A stretch of DNA of 64,000 bases from Chrysemys picta bellii. Lineage: Eukaryota. The stretch covers positions 5,456,001 to 5,520,000 of the forward strand of contig NC_088803.1 in NCBI RefSeq assembly GCF_011386835.1, given 5' to 3'. Under the pieces are notes generated by a model that was given only the letters and a program-made list of their open reading frames with translations, did no database searches and was not told where the DNA came from. This document shows, in pieces, positions 57,301-64,000 of this stretch. Both the position numbers and the translations under genes were made by a program. The stretch's first letter is position 1. The number at the start of each line of letters is the position of its first letter.

Positions 57301-60300
57301 CCCTCAGCTGGCACCACCTGCCGCAGGAGAGAGAACATGTGGGGAATGGGACCCTGGCCACCTGGCAGAGGGGAATGGGACCCCGGTGTCCGGGACGGCA
57401 GTGCAGGGGTCTCTGGCTCCCCCGTACCTGCGTGACGGTCCGGCAGATCTTGAGTCCCTTCTCGTGGGCCGGTGGCTCCCCATGGCGCTCCCCCTCGTCC
57501 TCCGAGATGCGGGAGTCGTCGGCGTGGAGATCCACCACCGCCTCCTGCCCCGCCACCGGCTTCATCTCAGGTATCAGGCTCTGCGGGCACCAGGAGAACA
57601 ATGGGACCCAGGCGTCCGGGGACACCACCTAGGGCCCACTGCACCAACCCCCCAGCGGGGAGAGCGGGCGAGGGATCCAGGCACGCAGGGACGGCGTGTG
57701 CCCCCCATGGGCAGGGCTGCCAGAAGGAAAGGGACCCCAGTGTCCAGGGCAGGGCCCCCCAGCGGGGAGAGTGGGTGAGGGATCCAGGCACGCAGGGACG
57801 GCATGTGCCCCCCATGGGCTGAAGTTGGCAGAGGGAAAGGGACCCCGGTGTCCAGGGCAGGGCCCCCCAGCAGGGAGAGCGGGCGAGGGATCCAGGCATG
57901 CAGGGACGGCGTGTGCCCCCCTTGGGCAGGGCTGCCAGAGGGAAAGGGACCCCGGTGTCCAGGGCAGGACTCCCCAGCGGGGAGAGCGGGCGAGGGATCC
58001 AGGCACGCAGGGATGGCGTGTGCCCCCCATGGGCAGGGCTGCCAGAAGGAAACGGACCCCGGTGTCCAGGGCAGGGCCCCCCAGCGGGGAGAGCGGGCGA
58101 GGGATCCAGGCACGCAGGGACGGCATGTGCCCCCCATGGGCAGAGGTTGGCAGAGGGAAAGGGACCCCGGTGTCCAGGGCAGGGCCCCCCAGCGGGGAGA
58201 GCGGGCGAGGGATCCAGGCATGCAGGGACGGCGTGTGCCCCCCATGGGCAGGGCTGCCAGAGGGAAAGGGACCCTGGAGTCCAGGGCAGGGCCCCCCAGC
58301 GGGGAGAGCGGGCGAGGGATCCAGGCACGCAGGGACGGCGTGTGCCCCCCATGGGCAGAGGTTGGCAGAGGGAAAGGGACCCCAGTGTCCAGGGCAGGGC
58401 CCCCTGTACCTTAAGCGACTCTGTCGTGATGCTGATGGACGGCTTCTTCTGGGTGGCAGCCGTGCTGGACCCCCAGCGCCGCTTGCGCCCCCCCGACTGG
58501 CCGCCCTCCGTGTCACTGTTCCCCGCCGCTGCCCCCTTGGCCGCTGCTGCAACCCAACAGCCAATCAGAGCACAGCATGGGACCACTGCCCCACCCCTGG
58601 TCCACACCCAACCGACAGCCAATCAGAGCACAGGCTGGAGACCCCCAGAAGGGCCACCCCTTATTCCCCTCTCCACACACACAACCCTACAGCCAATCAG
58701 AGCATGGGACAGGGACCCAGTGCCCCGCCCCATAGCCACTCCCACTGCCCCACGAGCCCTCCCTGACCCATGGGGCCTATGGAGTCAGGGGTCCCAGGAA
58801 CCCATCCAGCTCTCGGGGGGGAGGGGGGGAAAGAAATTGGGGCCCGGTCTCGGGGGTCACTTACATACGACGGAGATCTTCCTCTTGAAGGCCTTGTGCT
58901 GCGCCGCGGCCTGTGGAGAGAGGGGAGGAGGGAACGAGACGGAGGAGGGGAGAGAGCCCCACATAGGGGGAGGGAGCCGGTCAGCACGTCTCCGTGGGGC
59001 AGCGGCCCCCAGACCCGCTGGGGTGGGGGCACAAGCGGCTCAGATGGGGCCAAGGGGCTGAGAGATGAGGGGGGGTTCTCAGACAGTCCAGGAATAATGG
59101 GGCACCCTCCCCCCCCAGCAACAGGGCACGGCTAGAGCTCAGAGTCCTGGGAAAGGGGGTCTACCCCACTGCCAGCCCCACACACTGCCCCCCATGACCC
59201 CGATCCTCCTCACTGTCCCCCATCAGCCCCACAAACTGCTCCCTATGACCCCGATCCTCCTCACTGCCCTCTGCCAACCCCACACACTGCCCCCCCATGC
59301 CCCCTATTCCCCTCACTGCCCCCCCGCCAACCCCACACACTGCCCCCCCATGGCCCCTATTTCCCTCACTGCCCTCCAACCCCACACACTGCCCTTCATG
59401 ACCCCGATCCCCCCATTACCCCCTGCCAACCCCACACACTGCCCCCCTATGATCCCTATTCCCCTCACTGCTCCCTACCAGCCCCACACTGCCCCCCACG
59501 ACCCTGACCCCCTCACTGCCCCCTATGACCCTGACCCCCTCACTGCCCCCTATGACCCTATTCCCCTCACTGCCTCCCACCAACCCCACTGTCCCCCCAT
59601 GACCCCAATTCCCCCCACTACCCCCTGCCAACCCCACTTCCCCCCATGACCCTGACCCCCTCACTGCCCCCCGCCAACCCCACAAACTGCCCATGACCAT
59701 GACCCCCTCACTGCCCACCTATGACCCCTATTCTCCCCACTACCTCCTGCCCCCCATGACCATGACCCCCTCACTGCCCACCTATGACCCCTATTCCCCC
59801 CACTGCCCCCACCAACCCCACACTGCCCCCCATGACTCTGATCCCCCTCACTGTCCCCCACACTGCCTCCCATTACCCTGATCCCTCACACTGCCCCCCA
59901 CCAACCCCCCACAAGCTGCTGGCCCCACCCTGCTCTCTGTGAGCCCCGTGACCCAACTCTCTCCCCCCCCGACCTCCAGGCCCCATGCTGCCCCCCTGGA
60001 TTTATTCCTGGAAAGCTCAAACCCCAAAGAGGGAGCTGGGGACCCTGCTGCCCCACAGATCCATTAACCCCTTGCAGGTTGGGCCCCTCCCCCAAAAACT
60101 CCACACAGAGTTTAACCAAAAACCTCCTTTGTCTTTAAAGAACAGAAGGAAACCAAAGAGACAAGAAGAAATAAAGGTGCTGCCAGAGGCGCCAGGTACC
60201 ATCTCACACCTGGGGCGTCCTTCGTCGGCCAATCGCACCGCAGTGCCCAGGGTAGCTAGGCAACGGCCGGTCCAATCGCAATGCGCCCTCCCAGGTTTGG

Positions 60301-63300
60301 AGGGGCGGGGCGGGGCGGCAAGAGACAAGGTGGTGGTGGCGGAGGAACCTAGTGCTGGCTGGTGTCCCGGAGGAGAGAGGACAAAGATGGGAGCCGTCCG
60401 CCGGCGGGGGGCTGGGTGGAGAGTCCCAAGAGAGCGGGCCCCCGGGGCTGGAGGTCCTTGGAACAAGTCCTGAGAGCAACGGAGACCCCCGGGGTGGAGG
60501 AGAACCCCAGGGGCTGGAGGTCCTTGGAGCAAGTCCTGAGGGGGAGGAGACCCCCGGGGTGGAGGAGAACCCCAGGGGCTGGAGGTCCTTGGAGCAAGTC
60601 CTGAGGGGGAGGAGACCCCCGGGGTGGAGGAGCAACCCAGGGGCTGGAGGTCCTTGGAGCAAGTCCTGAGGGGGAGGAGACCCCCGGAGTGGAGGAGCAA
60701 CCCAGGGGCTGGAGGTCCTTGGAAAAAGTCCCAAGAGCAGCGGAGACTGCGGGGCCCAGACATCCTGAGAGCAATGGAGACTCCCAGGGGGGAGGAGAAG
60801 CCCAGGAGCTGGAGATCCTGGCATGGTCTGAGAGCAACGGAGACTCCAGAGCTGGAGGAGAGGCCTGGGGGCCGGAGGTCCTGGTATGGTCTGAGAGCAA
60901 CGGAGACCCCAGGGGCTGGAGATCCTTGGAATGACTCGTGAGTTGCAGGGACCCCCAGGAGATGAAGGTCTTCAGAGCTCATCCCTTGAGCAGCTGAGTT
61001 CTGCCCCCGGGGGCTGGAGGAAACACCCGGGGGCCGGAGGTCCTTGGAGCGAGTCCCATGAGCAGCAGAGACTCTGGGGGCCGGAGGTCCTTGGAGCGAG
61101 TCCCATGAGCAGCAGAGACCCTGGGGGCCGGAGGTCCTTGGAGCGAGTCCCATGAGCAGCAGAGACCCTGGGGGCCGGAGGTCCTTGGAGCGAGTCCCAG
61201 GAGCAGCAGAGACCCCGGGGGGGCGGAGGAGACCCCCGGGGGGGGCGGAGGTCCTTGGAGCGAGTCCCAGGAGCAGCAGAGACCCTGGGGGCTGGAGGTC
61301 CTTGGAGCGAGTCCCAGGAGCAGCAGAGACCCCAGGGGGGCGGAGGAGACCCCTGGGAGCTGGAGGTCCTTGGAGTGAGTCCCAGGAGCAGCGGAGGCTC
61401 CTGGCAGCGCAGACCCTTGGGGGGGGCGCAGGTCAGTAACAGAGGGGTTTGCAGTAAATCCACCAGCCTGGAGACCCCCAGGGCTATCAGTGACCTTGGG
61501 GGCCTGGAGATGACCCCCAGGTCCTTGGATAGTCCCATCAGCCTGGAGACCCCAGGGGCCAAGGTCCATGAGCAGCAGATGCCCTGGCCCCACATGCAGA
61601 CGACATCCCAGCGGAGCTGCACAGGAGCTGTGTCTCCAGGGGTGCCACGCAGCTGGGGGCTTGGACCGCCCGGACGCCGGGGTTCATGCTCCCCTCCCCC
61701 CCGCCCGCTCTCTGTCTCTCTCTCCGCATCTCTCTGGCACGTGCGCCCGCTGGGCCGGATGCTCTTTAAAAACGTGGATCAGAACAGAGGAGTCCAGAGG
61801 AGAAGGTCAACGGGGGACTGGGGGGGCCGTGGGGGGTCCTGCCTGTCCCCGGAGGCGGCTCTGGGAGAGGGGGTGCCCCCAGCCGGGGCGGGGGGAGCAC
61901 CGAGGATCAGGGCGGAGCTCGGGAGAGATGGACCTCGTGACAAGACGACATTCTGCAGAACCAACCCCCTCTCCCCCCCTGCAGTCCCAGGCCCTGCATC
62001 CCCAAACTATGGCTAACGGGGGGCCAGGGGGAGGCTTGGCTGGCTCTGGCGGGGGTTCCCCAAACCCTCCCATGGCTGGGGGTGCCCAGGAGAGCACCCC
62101 CAAATTGGCTGGCAGCACATGCGGGCTTATCCCAGCCCCCCGTCTCCTCCACTGTGAGCAGCTCTGGAAGTGGGGGAGACCCCCCAAATGCCTTGGAAGG
62201 GGGGCAGACCCCTCCCCCACCCTGGTTTTGCCAGCAAAGTCCTCCCCATTGGCGCCCCCCAACCCATGCCCTGCCCATGCTGGCCGAGCTACCCCCCCCG
62301 GGACCCCCACCTGCCCACCACGCCACGGGGCGCCCCGCCATGCTACCTCTTTCCTCTCCTCGTCCTCGGGCCCCCCGTCAGGGCGCTCATCGGGGCCGGG
62401 GGGCTGAGTGGGGGGGCCGTCCGGGGGACTAGCGCCTGCCTGCTGGGGCTCCAACTCCATAGGCACCTCCTCCTTCTCCTCCTGGCTACTGGGAAGAAAT
62501 AGGGGGTTACTGGGGGGTGGGTGCCCTACATCCCTTCACCCCCAGTGCTCCCCGCACCCCAGAGCCTTCACCCCTGCCCCTCCCAGAGCCCCAGCCCCTT
62601 CCCTCCCAGAGCTCCCCGCACCCCAGAGCCTTCACCCCTGCCCCTCCCAGAGCCCCAGCCCCTTCACCCCCAGAGCTCCCCGCACCCCAGAGCCTTCACC
62701 GCTGCCCCCCCCCCCACAGCCCCTTCCCTCCCAGAGCTCCCCGCACCCCAGAGCCTTCACCCCTGCCCCTCCCAGAGCCCCAGCCCCTTCACCCCCAGTG
62801 CTCCCCCCACCCCAGAGCCTTCACCCCTGCCCCTCCCAGAGCCCCAGCCCCTTCCCTCCCAGAGCTCCCCGCACCCCAGAGCCTTCACAGCTGCCCCCCC
62901 ACAGCCCCTTCACCCCCAGTGCTCCCCGCACCCCAGAGCCTTCACCCCTGCCCCTCCCAGAGCCCCAGCCCCTTCACCCCCAGTGCTCCCCCCACCCCAG
63001 AGCCTTCACCCCTGCCCCTCCCAGAGCCCCAGCCCCTTCACCCCCAGAGCTCCCCGCACCCCAGAGCCTTCACCCCTGCCCCTCCCAGAGCCCCAGCCCC
63101 TTCACCCCCAGAGCTCCCCGCACCCCAGAGCCTTCACCCCTGCCCCTCCCAGAGCCCCAGCCCCTTCCCTCCCAGAGCTCCCCGCACCCCAGAGCCTTCA
63201 CAGCTGCCCCCCCACAGCCCCTTCACCCCCCCACGCCTAAGGCCCTTCACTCCTGCCCCCCACATCCCCAGCCCGTTCCCCACCCGCACCCCCAGAGCTT

Positions 63301-63523
63301 CCCACACCGCCAGAGCGCCCCCAAAGCACAGCCGGGTAACACCCTCCGCCCCATCCCCCGCCCGGCCCCAGCGCGGCGCGGCGGGGGCGGGGGCAGGAAT
63401 GAATGGGGGGAGGGGCAGGCGCCGGGCCGGAAGCCGGCAATGAATGGGGGGGCCGCGGGGGGGCGGGCAATGGCGGGGGGGCCGAGGGGGCGGGTCTCAC
63501 CCGCGGGGCCGGGGGCCCGGCAT
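54380..63523 (-). CDS. ACIN1: Acinus (apoptotic chromatin condensation inducer 1): 3' exons plus a short-isoform first exon, 560 aa as spliced; long-isoform exons lie beyond the window
   Basis: Exons 63501-63523 (alternative first), 62347-62488, 58865-58910, 58410-58546, 57428-57580, 57173-57317, 56562-56707, 56178-56285, 55990-56097, 55390-55690, 55132-55232 and 54380-54652. Total 1683 nt, in frame. RRM ([17 protein letters not shown]...[11 protein letters not shown]), RSB motif [21 protein letters not shown], end [11 protein letters not shown]. PolyA signal 54139-54144. Confidence 0.93.
57630..58405. repeat. About 115-125-bp minisatellite in an ACIN1 intron
   Basis: cagcggggagagcgggcgagggatccaggcacgcagggacggcgtgtgccccccatgggcag...ggaccccggtgtccagggcagggcccc units. 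Confidence 0.92.
59160..61400. repeat. Intronic minisatellites in ACIN1 (59160-59900 C-rich; 60440-60960 and 61030-61400 ggctggaggtccttggagc units)
   Basis: Visible tandem units. Confidence 0.8.
60195..60320 (-). promoter_or_regulatory. Candidate internal ACIN1 promoter
   Basis: GC boxes 60303-60319, CCAAT near 60272 and 60229, X-box-like GTTGCCTAGCTACC (60251-60264, minus strand). Confidence 0.45.
62520..63230. repeat. Minisatellite in the first intron of the short ACIN1 isoform
   Basis: cccagagccttcacccctgcccctcccagagccccagcccc units. Confidence 0.92.
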
Positions 63524-63649
63524 GGCGGCGGCGGCGGCGGCGATGGCGGCTCAGGGCTGCGGACCGGGCCGGGGCAGCGGCGGGCGGCGAGCGGGCGGGG
63601 CGGCCATTTTACCGCTACCCAGCAGCCCCCGCGCGGGGGCGGGGCCGCC

Positions 63650-64000
63650 GCAGCCCCCCGGAGCCCCCCCCAGGCTCACAGCCCCGCCCCCCAGGAGTCC
63701 CCCCGAGCTCACAGCCCCGCCCCCCGCCGCAGCCCCCCCGGACTCACAGCCCCGCCCCCGCCGCAGCCCCCCCCCGGGCTCACAGCCCCGCCCCCGCCGC
63801 AGCCCCCCCGGAGCCCCCCCCAGGCTCACAGCCCCGCCCCCCCGGAGCCCTCCCGAGCTCACAGCCCCGCCCCCGCCGCAGCCCCCCCCCGGGCTCACAG
63901 CCGCGCCCCCTCACTCTCAGCCCCGCCCCCCCGAGCTCAGAGCCCCGCCCCCGCCGCAGCCCCCCCGGGCTCAGAGCCCCGCCCCCCCGGAACCCCCCCC
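63650..64000. repeat. GC-box-rich tandem repeat upstream of the Acinus-S first exon
   Basis: gctcacagccccgccccc units, each with an Sp1 GGGGCGGGG on the minus strand. Confidence 0.8.

Overview
GC-rich vertebrate genomic window, most likely from a turtle. That assignment is inferred from the Utopia, CR1, DIRS and hAT repeat types. The gene order matches the human 14q11.2 block: PRMT5 exon 1 (-), tRNA-Arg(ACG) (+), C14orf93 (-), PSMB5 (-), intronless thymoproteasome PSMB11 (+), CDH24 (-) and the 3' part of ACIN1 (-), including an Acinus-S-type first exon. HAUS4 and AJUBA are not seen and may lie in a 10-N gap at 15899-15908. The standout feature is a 10.4-kb composite at 2115-12542. A young, pol-less LTR element (about 99% identical LTRs, CTAT target-site duplication, tRNA-Ala primer-binding site) carries an antisense, nearly intact Utopia RLE retrotransposon. 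The Utopia copy is flanked by a 134-bp direct duplication and by two U2-snRNA-like motifs. A second recurring theme is intronic minisatellites built from duplicated 3' splice sites or branch points (PSMB5, CDH24 twice, ACIN1). Also present: a solo LTR, and a CR1 inside a hAT MITE inside a DIRS element. Most long Pro/Gly-rich ORFs in the supplied track are minisatellite artefacts. All calls were made by eye; homology statements rest on my recall of the families and were not database-searched.
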